A stretch of 50,304 bases of DNA from Bdellovibrionales bacterium. GTDB lineage: Bacteria; Pseudomonadota; Alphaproteobacteria; Micavibrionales; JBBKXB01. Made by a program: the position numbers and the translations under genes. The stretch spans positions 1 to 50,304 of the forward strand of contig JBBKXB010000030.1 of the NCBI GenBank assembly GCA_037969255.1, in the 5' to 3' direction. Shown piece after piece: positions 36,540-45,920 of this stretch. The first letter of the stretch is position 1. Each line of letters begins with the position of its first letter. The notes under the pieces were generated by a model that was not told the origin of the DNA, ran no database searches, and was given only the letters and a program-made list of their open reading frames with translations.

Positions 36540-37231
36540 ATGATTAAAATTAGACATTCTGATGATCGTGGCCAAGTCGATTTTGGCTGGCTCAAATCAC
36601 AACATACATTTTCATTCGGGCAGTATCACGATCCTGCTCACATGGGGTTTGGTCCATTGCGTGTGATCAATGAAGACCATATCGATGCTCGAAGAGGCTT
36701 TGATACGCATGCCCATGATAATATGGAGATCGTCACCTTGTTATGAGTGGTCAACTTTCGCACGAAGACAGTATGGGCAATAGTTCCTCTATAAAACCTA
36801 ATGAAGTTCAACGCATGAGCGCGGGCACAGGTATCAAACATAGCGAGTATAATCATTCGGATGATGATGTGCATCTTTTGCAAATCTGGTTTTTACCCGA
36901 AAAGAAAAACATTGAGCCGTCTTACGAGCAAAAATTCTTTGATAAAATAGACAATGCTCTCAATCTTGTGTTGTCACAATCGGGGCAAGATAACAGCGTA
37001 TCGCTCAATCAAGACATTAATATGTTCGCTGGACATTTGAATAAAAACAAAGCGCTTTCTCATGATGTAAATCCTGAGCGCAAGCAATGGTTACAATTAA
37101 TAAAAGGGTCAATTACACTCAATGATCACGTCATTAATGTGGGCGATGGCGTTGCGATTACAGGAGAAAAATCATTATTCGTTAAAGCTAACGATGACGC
37201 GCATTTTATTGTGATGGATATGGGGGCTTAA
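36540..37231 (+). pseudogene. pirin-family (YhhW-like) protein interrupted by a single frameshift
   Basis: ORFs 36540..36746 and 36743..37231 together recreate a roughly 230-aa pirin. ...HAHDNMEIVTLL* continues in the -1 frame as MSGQLSHEDSMGN...MSAGTGIKHSEYN. The metal ligands (HxH and HxE) are intact. Confidence 0.85.
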
Positions 37232-37713
37232 TTTTTACGCTCTAAATTTTTGACAATTTGGGCGGCGCGTCCTGATCCAATTTTATATTGTTTATAATGA
37301 TCGGGATGTTTTTCATGATAATTTTGATGACCATCCTCGGCCACGATGAATGTTGTGGACTCGACTATTAAAGGGGCGAGGGGGCGATCTAATTCCGCCT
37401 CCTTGTCTTTTTTAGATTGAATGGCGAGATCGCGTTCCTCATCATTTTGATAAATAATCGCCGTGCGGTATTTTTGTCCTCTGTCATGGAATTGTCCAGC
37501 ATCATCATCGGGATCGATATTGACCCAAAATATTTTTAGTAATTCGGCGTATTGCAATACGGAGGGATCATAATGAACCTCAACAACTTCGGTCTTTTCC
37601 ACAGCGTCGCCAAGGCGCATATAGCCTGATAAGGCTTCATTCACGCCATCGCGTGCTACAAAGCCCGCTTCAATACACCAAAAACATCCACCCGCAAAAT
37701 ACGCTTTTTCCAT
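37228..37713 (-). CDS. msrA: peptide-methionine (S)-S-oxide reductase
   Basis: Has the active-site motif GGCFWC. I prefer ATG 37713 (MEKAYFAGGCFWC) to the ORF-track start 37767. Its 3' end overlaps the pirin stop by 4 nt. Confidence 0.92.
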   Translation of the reverse strand: MEKAYFAGGCFWCIEAGFVARDGVNEALSGYMRLGDAVEKTEVVEVHYDPSVLQYAELLKIFWVNIDPDDDAGQFHDRGQKYRTAIIYQNDEERDLAIQSKKDKEAELDRPLAPLIVESTTFIVAEDGHQNYHEKHPDHYKQYKIGSGRAAQIVKNLERKN

Positions 37714-37792
37714 GAAGTATGATCTAGGACAAAATCCACTCAAGTCAATATAACTTGCGTATGACAAGGGTTTGTGTCATTAACCTTACATA

Positions 37793-39151
37793 ATGACCTT
37801 TAAAGATTTAAATTTAAGTGAACCGCTTTTACGTGCCTTGGCCGATAAAGGGTACACTGAACCTACGCCCATCCAAGCCGCCTCTATCCCCCCTGTGTTA
37901 GCAGGGCGTGATCTCATGGGCTTGGCACAAACGGGTACAGGTAAAACGGCAAGCTTTACGCTTCCAATGCTCGACATCCTTAATGGAGGCCGCGCCAAAG
38001 CGCGTATGCCTCGTGCCTTAATCTTGACGCCAACACGCGAACTCGCGGTACAAATCGGTGATAATTTGGATGCGTATAGTAAATATATGAAACTCACTTA
38101 TTGCTTGATCTATGGCGGTGTATCACTCCCAGAACAACAAAAACAATTGATGAAGGGCGTGGACATTCTTATCGCCACACCGGGTCGTTTATTGGATATA
38201 TTTGAACGCGGTGGATTGTTGATGATGGATATGTCGATGGTTGTCTTGGACGAGGCAGATCGTATGCTCGATATGGGGTTCATGCCCGATGTTGAGAAAA
38301 TATTGTCGCTCACGCCAAAACGTCGTCAAACGATGATGTTTAGCGCAACGATGCCACCCGCGATTAAAAAGATTAAAGATCAATTTATGAACAACCCAGA
38401 AGTCGTTCAAATCGAGGCCACATCAAGCGCCGCGACAACGGTTGAGCAAAACCTTGTCATGTGTGCGAGCAACAAAGCCAAAGATCAAAAAACGCTTAAT
38501 TTACTCAATCAAAAAGAAGTCGAAAGTGCGTTCGTGTTTTGTAATCGTAAGCGCTCGATTGATCCGCTTGCCAAGTTCCTAAAAACAAAAGGTGTTGCCG
38601 CCGAAGGTTTGCACGGCGATATGAACCAATCAGAGCGTATCAAAACGCTTGATCGTTTTAAAGCTGGCGAAGTGATGGCACTCATTTGTTCAGACGTTGT
38701 GGCACGCGGTATTGATATCAAAGACGTATCACACGTAATCAATTACGACATCCCAATGAATGCCGAGGATTACGTGCATCGTATCGGGCGTACAGGGCGC
38801 GCAGGCTCAACAGGCGTGGCGTATTCACTGGCGACAAAGCTTGATGATAAATTCCTTGATGCGATTGAAGAGTTATTAGGCAAAAAGTTTTCAGAGCGCA
38901 AGGCGGGCGTTTTAAAAGATGATAATAACAAACAATCATCATCACAACCTGCGCAGAACAAAAAACCAGTTCATAAAAATGCAAAACCAAAACACAATGC
39001 TCAGGCAAAACCTAAGCCAAATCATGACGCAAAACCTAAGCATTCACCTAAACCATCAAAATCAACGCAAGATGATATTTCTGAGGAAAACAATGATGGC
39101 AAAAAAGGATTTGGTGATGATGTGCCAGACTTTTTAAAAGGATTTGGCTAA
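37793..39151 (+). CDS. DEAD-box ATP-dependent RNA helicase (RhlE-like) with a basic Lys/Pro-rich tail
   Basis: 452-aa ORF with motifs AQTGTGKT, DEAD, SAT and HRIGRTGRAG. The C-terminal tail contains AKPK-type repeats. Confidence 0.93.
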   Translation: MTFKDLNLSEPLLRALADKGYTEPTPIQAASIPPVLAGRDLMGLAQTGTGKTASFTLPMLDILNGGRAKARMPRALILTPTRELAVQIGDNLDAYSKYMKLTYCLIYGGVSLPEQQKQLMKGVDILIATPGRLLDIFERGGLLMMDMSMVVLDEADRMLDMGFMPDVEKILSLTPKRRQTMMFSATMPPAIKKIKDQFMNNPEVVQIEATSSAATTVEQNLVMCASNKAKDQKTLNLLNQKEVESAFVFCNRKRSIDPLAKFLKTKGVAAEGLHGDMNQSERIKTLDRFKAGEVMALICSDVVARGIDIKDVSHVINYDIPMNAEDYVHRIGRTGRAGSTGVAYSLATKLDDKFLDAIEELLGKKFSERKAGVLKDDNNKQSSSQPAQNKKPVHKNAKPKHNAQAKPKPNHDAKPKHSPKPSKSTQDDISEENNDGKKGFGDDVPDFLKGFG

Positions 39152-39207
39152 ACACATTAACATATTGATTACATCTCGTTTATAAATATTTTATAGGGAG
39201 AAAAATC

Positions 39208-39453
39208 ATGTTTCATTTATTAAAAATTGCGGCTGAGACTCAAAAGTGCCATCAAAATATGCTTAAGATATTACAGCAAGCTTTGTTGCACCAATTTGCA
39301 GATGCTATAATTGCAGATAAAAAATATCAGAGTTTACAAGACGATTTAGATTTAGACGTTAATGATAACGAAACTAATGCTATTATAATGCGATCAAAAA
39401 AGCAGGAACTAGACTTCCTTTTTAAAGTTCACGTTGATATTGCTTCCGATTGA
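39208..39453 (+). CDS. hypothetical small protein; the frame stays open past its TGA
   Basis: 81-aa ORF with a GGGAG SD. The same frame continues for 67 sense codons after TGA 39451-39453, to TAA 39655-39657. Confidence 0.35.
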   Translation: MFHLLKIAAETQKCHQNMLKILQQALLHQFADAIIADKKYQSLQDDLDLDVNDNETNAIIMRSKKQELDFLFKVHVDIASD

Positions 39454-39705
39454 GTTGGATTTCCTTTTTTAAAAATAAATATATCCGACACATTTAATGG
39501 CCGAGCGCCGTCGCAAGGCACACATTTTCGTTTCATTGGCTCAATCCATCCTGACTGTGATGATCAGAGTTCAATTGATAAACTTAATTTGAATGTTACA
39601 AAACAACTTGCTGAACATTTACAAATATTATTGGCAAATCACCCTAGACCTGCCTAAGTAATCTCTTAACTTCCAGTTGACCTGCGCGCTAACCTCTTTC
39701 ACACT

Positions 39706-41991
39706 GTGGATATGGGTTGCAAATCACTTGGTATCATAATTTTAAGCGCGTTTATGTGCGTGCATAGTTATGGGTTTGCGCAAACCCCTGCTGATAAAAC
39801 CAACGTGAACACTGACCCTATGCGCGACATACCGTTTTCAAAGGCTGTTGCGCCCCTTGATGCCGTATCAAAAGATCAGCCGATTTACATCAAAGCCACC
39901 GAAATGATATATGAACAGGATACTGAAATTGTGACCGCTTTGGGCAATGTTGATATCTTGCAAGAAGGGCGCAGATTACAAGCCAATAAAGTCACCTATA
40001 ATGTGAATACGGATGAAGCCACGGCAACAGGCGCGGTTGTCCTCACGGATACAAATGGCGATGTGCACACCGCCGATTTTGTGGAATTGGATGACGCGTT
40101 TAAACAGGGCTTTATCCGCAATCTATCATCAATTTTAAAAGACGGCTCACGTGTGCGCGCTGAAAGCGGTCAACGAATTGACGCAAAACGTATCGTTCTT
40201 AAAAACGCTTGGTACACGCCGTGTACGGGTTGCGATCAAGAAGACCCCGATTGGAATGTGCGCGCTGATGAGGTTACTTTGGATGAAGAAAACAAACGTG
40301 TGGTTTATAAAAATGCAACGTTTGAATTATTTGGTGTGCCCGTTTTATACACGCCTTATTTATCGCATCCCGATGGTACAGAAACACAAAAAAGTGGGTT
40401 CCTAGCGCCTCGCGCAGGCTTTGGTTCTCAACTGGGTGGATTTGTAAACACGCGGTATTACCATGCCATTGCTCCCGATAAGGATGCCACAACAGGGGTT
40501 ATATTAACAGGGCGCGAAGGCGCCGTTCTCACGGGCGAATATCGCCAACGGTTTGAAGATGCCGAAGCCTCCATTGGTGGTACAGTCACCAGTTCATCAC
40601 GTCCCACACAAAATGGGCGTACAAATAACGAGCTTCGCGGTAGTGTTAAAGGTGATGGGTTATGGCATATTGATAACAACTGGCGTGCGGGTTACAAATT
40701 GGCACTTGCCTCGGATGATCAATATTTACGCCAATATAAATTACCGCGTGAAGACGTTCTTGATAACCAAATTTATGCGGAACGATTTGGCGAGCGTGAT
40801 TATTTCAACGTGAACGCGCAAGCGTTCCAAGACACACGTATTTCACGCCAAGGCATTGATCAACCCCACATTCTTCCTAACGCTCATTTTGAGACGTTAA
40901 GTGAGCCAAAAGCGGTGCTTGGTGGGCGCACAAAAATCACAGGGAATGCTCTCGGGTTGGTGCGTGATGGCTCAGGACAAGACGTTCAACGCGCCATTGG
41001 TAAGGCCGAATGGAGCAAGCGGACAATTTTACCAGGTGGCTTGGTCAACGATACCAATGCGCAAATTCGAACTGATGTTTACGCCGTGCAGGATAACAAC
41101 AGTGCCGCAGTGGGACAAAATGACGAAGACATCACCACGCGCAGTTTCGCACAAGCGCATACGCAACTTGGGTATCCTCTCGAAAAAAGACTTGAAAAAG
41201 GCAGTTTGATCCTTGAGCCGCGCGGTGCTTTTACCTTGTCTCAAGATGTGGATGATACGAATAATATTCCAAATGAAGATTCTCAAGACGTTGATTTTTC
41301 TATCTCGCAATTGTTTTCACCGTCACGCTTTGCGGGGTATGATCGCATTGATGATGGTACGCGTGTAACCGCTGGTCTTTCTACGCAATACCTTACGGAT
41401 ACAGGCAAATCCTCAGAAGTATTTTTTGGTCAATCTTATCGATTATCTGATGACGCAAACCCATTTCCTGCTGGCTCGGGTCTGGATGATAATAAATCCG
41501 ATTATGTGGGACGTGTTCGTTATACGGGCGCCACTGGGGACTCCATTGAATATAACGGGCGATTTGATTCAGATACGGGTGCATCACAACGCCAAGACGT
41601 CACGCTTAATTTAAATCTTGATCCTGTCACTTTGGGCGCCACTTATTTTTACGTTGCCCCTCTGGCTGGTACAGACTTACTTGAAGATCGCGAACAAATG
41701 GCTATATATCCAACTATAAAGTTAACGGATGAATGGTCGATGCGATCATTGATACGCTATGATTTAAGCGGGGATCAAAACACAAGGGGCTTACAAACCT
41801 TTGGTCTTGGGTTTGACTATATTGGCGATTGTATTGATTTCTCAATCACGGGTAATCGCAATAATTTGGATCAGGCCTCAGGCACAAATGAAACAGAAGT
41901 GTTTTTTCGTCTAGGATTTAAAAACTTAGCTGAAATTGAAACATCTGCCTTTTCATTTGGCGAACGAACAGACGAGGATATCAATCAATAA
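39706..41991 (+). CDS. lptD: LPS-assembly outer-membrane protein LptD
   Basis: 761-aa ORF with a signal peptide. It has an OstA-like N-terminal domain (LQANKVTYNVNTDEATATGAVVLTD) and a long C-terminal region rich in beta-strand-like sequence. Confidence 0.88.
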   Translation: MDMGCKSLGIIILSAFMCVHSYGFAQTPADKTNVNTDPMRDIPFSKAVAPLDAVSKDQPIYIKATEMIYEQDTEIVTALGNVDILQEGRRLQANKVTYNVNTDEATATGAVVLTDTNGDVHTADFVELDDAFKQGFIRNLSSILKDGSRVRAESGQRIDAKRIVLKNAWYTPCTGCDQEDPDWNVRADEVTLDEENKRVVYKNATFELFGVPVLYTPYLSHPDGTETQKSGFLAPRAGFGSQLGGFVNTRYYHAIAPDKDATTGVILTGREGAVLTGEYRQRFEDAEASIGGTVTSSSRPTQNGRTNNELRGSVKGDGLWHIDNNWRAGYKLALASDDQYLRQYKLPREDVLDNQIYAERFGERDYFNVNAQAFQDTRISRQGIDQPHILPNAHFETLSEPKAVLGGRTKITGNALGLVRDGSGQDVQRAIGKAEWSKRTILPGGLVNDTNAQIRTDVYAVQDNNSAAVGQNDEDITTRSFAQAHTQLGYPLEKRLEKGSLILEPRGAFTLSQDVDDTNNIPNEDSQDVDFSISQLFSPSRFAGYDRIDDGTRVTAGLSTQYLTDTGKSSEVFFGQSYRLSDDANPFPAGSGLDDNKSDYVGRVRYTGATGDSIEYNGRFDSDTGASQRQDVTLNLNLDPVTLGATYFYVAPLAGTDLLEDREQMAIYPTIKLTDEWSMRSLIRYDLSGDQNTRGLQTFGLGFDYIGDCIDFSITGNRNNLDQASGTNETEVFFRLGFKNLAEIETSAFSFGERTDEDINQ

Positions 41992-41992
41992 T

Positions 41993-43186
41993 ATGCGACT
42001 ATTTCTTTTTGCCTTAATTTTGATCTTAACGCCAATAATAACGGCGCATGCCCAAAACAAATCACTGACACAATTTCCTGTGCCTATGACCACCAAAACG
42101 GTGGATGAATTTACAAAACTTGCTACGCCAATTAATTTTATATTTCCCGACCGTGATCCTTATTTGGATTTCACAGTGATGATCCCTGATACTTGGGAAG
42201 CGCGTAATGATGACCAGCTTAAAAACCTCAAAACTTCCAATCGTTTGTTTGGGTATTTGGCATGGTATGACGCGCCAGGGGCGAGTGACAGTGCACGGCC
42301 ATATTTGACAGTGCGCTCTGTGGCACTTGATTATGAATTATCCGCCAAAAGCTGGTTGATAGGCCATATGTTTGACAATGCATACTCACTCCGCGCTTTA
42401 CGTGAACGGTCCATTGAGGACGTCGAGGCGGTGTATGTGACGCATGACAAATTGATAACGTATACAACATGGGCGCGGGCTTATGTGATGGGGCCACGTG
42501 TGTTATTGGTCGAATATCATGTGCCATCCGAAACCTGGAAACGTGATCGCGACAGTCAATATTGGGCGATGACCACGCTCAAAGCCGAACAAAAAGACAA
42601 AGCGCGCATTGAAAAACTGCGTGCCTTTGCATTTCTAGATGTCGCCACATTCCAATACCCACAAAGCTGGGAATTGTTCCGCAATATTGTGAAATCACCT
42701 GATTTTTTCCGCGTGGCATTGTTTAACGCAAATTTAAACGCAACACCCTCCACGCAAATCACCGTGCAGGCCACACGTAAAGGCGGGGGCATTAAACCTG
42801 CGATTATGGACGCAGAAGAAAAGAAATATTTGGTCAAGCAAAACGTTGTTCTCAACGATCGATTGCCAGCGCCCAATTTTATTCCCTCTAACGCCCAGGT
42901 CACCAATAAAAAATATCAAGTGTTTAAGCTGGCCGACAAACCCCGCAATCTTGAAGAGGAAAATAACCCAACGATCAACAAAGAATACTGGCTCACCACG
43001 TTTGAAAAAAATGGTGTGGTCTACAGTATTTCAATGTTTATTCCTGCGCGTAACGCAATATACAAAGACTGGGCGCGGGGTACGCGTGCGTATCAAATTA
43101 TCATCAGCACAGTGGCGGGTAATCTCTTGGGACAAAAAGACATCACCGATAAAAACACGGGTTCAGCGATCCCCTTTTTGAATTGA
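41993..43186 (+). CDS. hypothetical periplasmic protein in the position usually held by surA
   Basis: ATG 41993 (MRLFLFALILILTPIITAHA/QN, a signal peptide) lies 1 nt after the lptD stop. I see no parvulin or SurA motifs. The protein ends in NTGSAIPFLN. Confidence 0.65.
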   Translation: MRLFLFALILILTPIITAHAQNKSLTQFPVPMTTKTVDEFTKLATPINFIFPDRDPYLDFTVMIPDTWEARNDDQLKNLKTSNRLFGYLAWYDAPGASDSARPYLTVRSVALDYELSAKSWLIGHMFDNAYSLRALRERSIEDVEAVYVTHDKLITYTTWARAYVMGPRVLLVEYHVPSETWKRDRDSQYWAMTTLKAEQKDKARIEKLRAFAFLDVATFQYPQSWELFRNIVKSPDFFRVALFNANLNATPSTQITVQATRKGGGIKPAIMDAEEKKYLVKQNVVLNDRLPAPNFIPSNAQVTNKKYQVFKLADKPRNLEEENNPTINKEYWLTTFEKNGVVYSISMFIPARNAIYKDWARGTRAYQIIISTVAGNLLGQKDITDKNTGSAIPFLN

Positions 43187-43262
43187 TGCAATAACGTTTT
43201 TTACCTTTAACCATCTTTGGATTTATCGAACAACGACATAATAATTCAAATGGCAAAGAAAA

Positions 43263-43346
43263 TGGTGCGGCTGAGAGGACTTGAACCTCCACGAGTTGCC
43301 TCGCTGGTACCTAAAACCAGTGCGTCTACCATTCCGCCACAGCCGC
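43263..43346 (-). tRNA. tRNA-Leu (anticodon UAG), CCA encoded
   Basis: Hand-folded, 84 nt, type II. The acceptor stem is GCGGCTG/CAGCCGC, the anticodon arm is CTGGT-TTTAGGT-ACCAG, the variable arm is 13 nt long, and the T arm is GGAGG-TTCAAGT-CCTCT. Confidence 0.95.
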
Positions 43347-43374
43347 GTACACATTTATCAATCTAGTCAAAAGA

Positions 43375-43451
43375 TGGGGTGATCGACGGGGCTTGAACCC
43401 GCGACATCCTGGACCACAACCAGGTGCTCTACCGACTGAGCTACGACCACC
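43375..43451 (-). tRNA. tRNA-His (anticodon GUG) with genome-encoded G-1 and C73, CCA encoded
   Basis: Hand-folded, 77 nt including G-1. The acceptor stem is GTGGTCG/CGATCAC, the anticodon arm is CCTGG-TTGTGGT-CCAGG, and the T arm is GCGGG-TTCAAGC-CCCGT. Confidence 0.95.
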
Positions 43452-43685
43452 GCAAATTTTTCATCTTTTGCTCTTTATTGCTAAAGAGATCACTCTCATA
43501 CGAAAAAAAACGTTATGTTGCAAGATAAAGTTTTGAAAAATACTTGCGCAGATAAGGGCTTTGCTTTAAATCCCTTGATATTGGTCGTTTCGCTTTTATA
43601 TGAGACAAGGCGTGAACGACGTGGTGTAGAATTATCTACATGAGGAATGAAAAAACGATGTCTCATAAAAAATGGAAATGATCAG

Positions 43686-45050
43686 ATGAAAATACAAGAA
43701 CTCAAAAGCACCGAACTTAAAAAAGAATATAAAATCAGCATCCCTGTTAAAGATGTTGATGAGAAAGTTACACAACGCCTTAATGTTATTGGCGCAGGCG
43801 CAACGATCCAAGGCTTCCGTAAAGGCAAAGCGCCCATTGCAGTTCTTAAGCAACAATACGGACAACGCGCATGGGCTGAGGCCGCCGAACAAGCCGTACA
43901 AGAAGCCGCCGATAAAGTGATCAACGATAATAAATTAAAGCCTGCGATGCAGCCACAAATTGAAGTGGAAACATTCGAACAAGGTAAAGACATAGATATT
44001 AAACTGTCTATCGAAGTGACTCCAAAAGTGAACATCATGGAGTTTGGTAAAATTGCCGTGACAAATCGCAAAGTCAAAGTGAGCGATGCCGACATTAACG
44101 AAACACTTGAAAACATTCGCAATCAACAAAAAGATTTGATTGATGCGCCTAAAACCGCCAAAGCCAAATTGGGTGATACCGTCATTATCGATTTTGAAGG
44201 TGATGCCGAAGGTGTTGGCAAATTAGCTGGTATGAAGGGTGAGGGCGCAAGCCTAACACTTGGTGCGAATCAATTCATCCCTGGATTTGAAGAGCAACTC
44301 GTTGGCGCCAAAGCTGGCGATGATGTCACTGTCAACGTGACGTTCCCTAAAGATTACCATTCTGCGGAACTTGCGGGCAAAAAAACTGTGTTTGAAACAA
44401 AAGTTCACGCGGTTAAGCATTCTAAGCCTGCTGAACTTAATGATGAATTTGCTAAAAAATTAGGTCTTGATAGCCTCAAAGCATTGAAAGATCATGTTGA
44501 AAAAGATATCCAAGTCGAATTGGATCGCCTGTCTCGTTTGGCGACAAAGCGCGATATGCTTGATGTGCTTGATACAAACCATGTGTTTGACGTGCCCCAA
44601 GGTCTCGTTGATCTGGAATATGCGGAGATTAAAAAACAGGCTCAAAATGAAGATGATGGGTCCGAAGAAGAGCTTAAAGCCATTGCAGAGCGCCGTGTGC
44701 GTTTGGGTATTGTGCTCACAGAAGCGGGCGAAAAACATGCCGTTGATGTGACTCAAGAAGAATTGCGCGCCGCCGCGATTGCCGAAGCTCGTAAATATCC
44801 TGGTCAAGAAGAGAAAATCTTTGAGATGTTCAACAAGCAACCTGAAATGCTGTCACGCCTGCGTGCACCAGTGTTTGAGGAAAAAGTTGTTGATTTGATA
44901 CTTGAAAAAGCCAAAGTCACTGAAAAAGTCGTGACGCGTGATGAGTTGATTGCTTATTTAGAGGAGGCAGACACTTATGCTAAACCTTCTAGCAAAAAAG
45001 CAGCTGCGAAAAAACTAGCGACAAAGAAAAAAGCCGACGCTAAAAAGTAA
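43686..45050 (+). CDS. tig: trigger factor
   Basis: By homology the start is ATG 43686 (MKIQELKSTELKKEYKISIP), not the ORF-track start 43647. It has an FKBP-type PPIase core (GDTVIIDFEGD...FIPGFEEQLVG) and lies upstream of clpP. Confidence 0.95.
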   Translation: MKIQELKSTELKKEYKISIPVKDVDEKVTQRLNVIGAGATIQGFRKGKAPIAVLKQQYGQRAWAEAAEQAVQEAADKVINDNKLKPAMQPQIEVETFEQGKDIDIKLSIEVTPKVNIMEFGKIAVTNRKVKVSDADINETLENIRNQQKDLIDAPKTAKAKLGDTVIIDFEGDAEGVGKLAGMKGEGASLTLGANQFIPGFEEQLVGAKAGDDVTVNVTFPKDYHSAELAGKKTVFETKVHAVKHSKPAELNDEFAKKLGLDSLKALKDHVEKDIQVELDRLSRLATKRDMLDVLDTNHVFDVPQGLVDLEYAEIKKQAQNEDDGSEEELKAIAERRVRLGIVLTEAGEKHAVDVTQEELRAAAIAEARKYPGQEEKIFEMFNKQPEMLSRLRAPVFEEKVVDLILEKAKVTEKVVTRDELIAYLEEADTYAKPSSKKAAAKKLATKKKADAKK

Positions 45051-45075
45051 GCATTAATTATTTTAAATTAATTAA

Positions 45076-45098
45076 GCGGGCTTTGTGCTCGCTTTTTT
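45076..45098 (+). terminator. rho-independent terminator after tig
   Basis: GCGGGC-TTTGT-GCTCGC (6 bp, one G.U pair) followed by TTTTTT. Confidence 0.55.
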
Positions 45099-45174
45099 AA
45101 TGCCTCTTGCTCTTTGCGCGACATTTGCTAGATTGGTTTTATTGATTCACGCATAACATAGGAGCTATGAGCAC

Positions 45175-45843
45175 ATGATAACAAGACAAGATGAAATCGT
45201 AATGGACCTCGTTCCAATGGTAATTGAGCAAACGGCACGTGGTGAGCGTTCGTTTGATATTTTCTCTCGCTTGCTCAAAGAGCGTATTATCTTTTTAACG
45301 GGCGGTGTGCATGACAATGTGGCAACACTCGTATGTGCGCAGTTATTGTTCCTCGAGTCTGAGAACCCTGACAAAGATGTGTATTTTTACATCAACAGCC
45401 CAGGCGGTGTGGTGACATCCGCCATGGCGATGTATGACACGATGCAATACATCAAACCTGATGTGAACACGGTGTGTATCGGTCAAGCGGCCTCTGCTGG
45501 CTCTTTATTGCTACAATCTGGCGCTGAAGGCAAACGCTTCTGTTTACCAAACAGCCGTATTATGGTTCACCAACCATCTGGTGGCGCGCAAGGTATGGCG
45601 TCTGATATTGAAATCCAAGCCAGAGAAATTTTAAAACTCCGCAAACGCTTGAATGATATGTATGTTGAGCATACGGGTCGCAAACTCTCTGAAATTGAAA
45701 AAGTGATGGATCGCGATACATTTATGTCCGCCGAAGAAGCTAAGAAGTTTGGTCTTGTGGATCACGTGGTGTCAAACCGCGATGACATTTCAAAAGTCTT
45801 GGAAGAGGCGGCTAAAAAAGCCAAAGAAAAAGAAAAAAAATAA
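45175..45843 (+). CDS. clpP: ATP-dependent Clp protease proteolytic subunit
   Basis: 222-aa ORF containing [30 protein letters not shown]. The catalytic Ser is in GQAASAGS and the catalytic His in MVHQP. It has a Lys/Glu-rich C-terminal tail. Confidence 0.96.
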   Translation: MITRQDEIVMDLVPMVIEQTARGERSFDIFSRLLKERIIFLTGGVHDNVATLVCAQLLFLESENPDKDVYFYINSPGGVVTSAMAMYDTMQYIKPDVNTVCIGQAASAGSLLLQSGAEGKRFCLPNSRIMVHQPSGGAQGMASDIEIQAREILKLRKRLNDMYVEHTGRKLSEIEKVMDRDTFMSAEEAKKFGLVDHVVSNRDDISKVLEEAAKKAKEKEKK

Positions 45844-45920
45844 ACAATACGTCACGACCTGTCTCAACGATTAAAGCAAGCACACAATCTGAGCTTGCGA
45901 ATTGTGTACAAATTAGGACA

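Noticed and set aside
36735-36750. Programmed -1 ribosomal frameshift in the pirin gene.
   Set aside because: A -1 slip after TTA would restore the right length. However, there is no X-XXY-YYZ slippery heptamer and no obvious downstream structure. A 1-nt deletion or a sequencing error is simpler.
37786-38097. 103-aa minus-strand ORF overlapping the helicase 5' end.
   Set aside because: The plus frame carries the Q-motif and Walker A of a DEAD-box helicase. The minus ORF has no support.
39451-39453. TGA read as a sense codon (genetic code 4, or selenocysteine).
   Set aside because: TGA clearly terminates conserved genes here at the expected C-termini, for example lon at 49736-49738 and the SbtA-like gene at 34889-34891. 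No conserved gene contains an internal TGA, and I saw no SECIS-like context.
43632-44122. Minus-strand ORFs of 89-146 aa inside tig.
   Set aside because: They are antisense to trigger factor and have no motifs.
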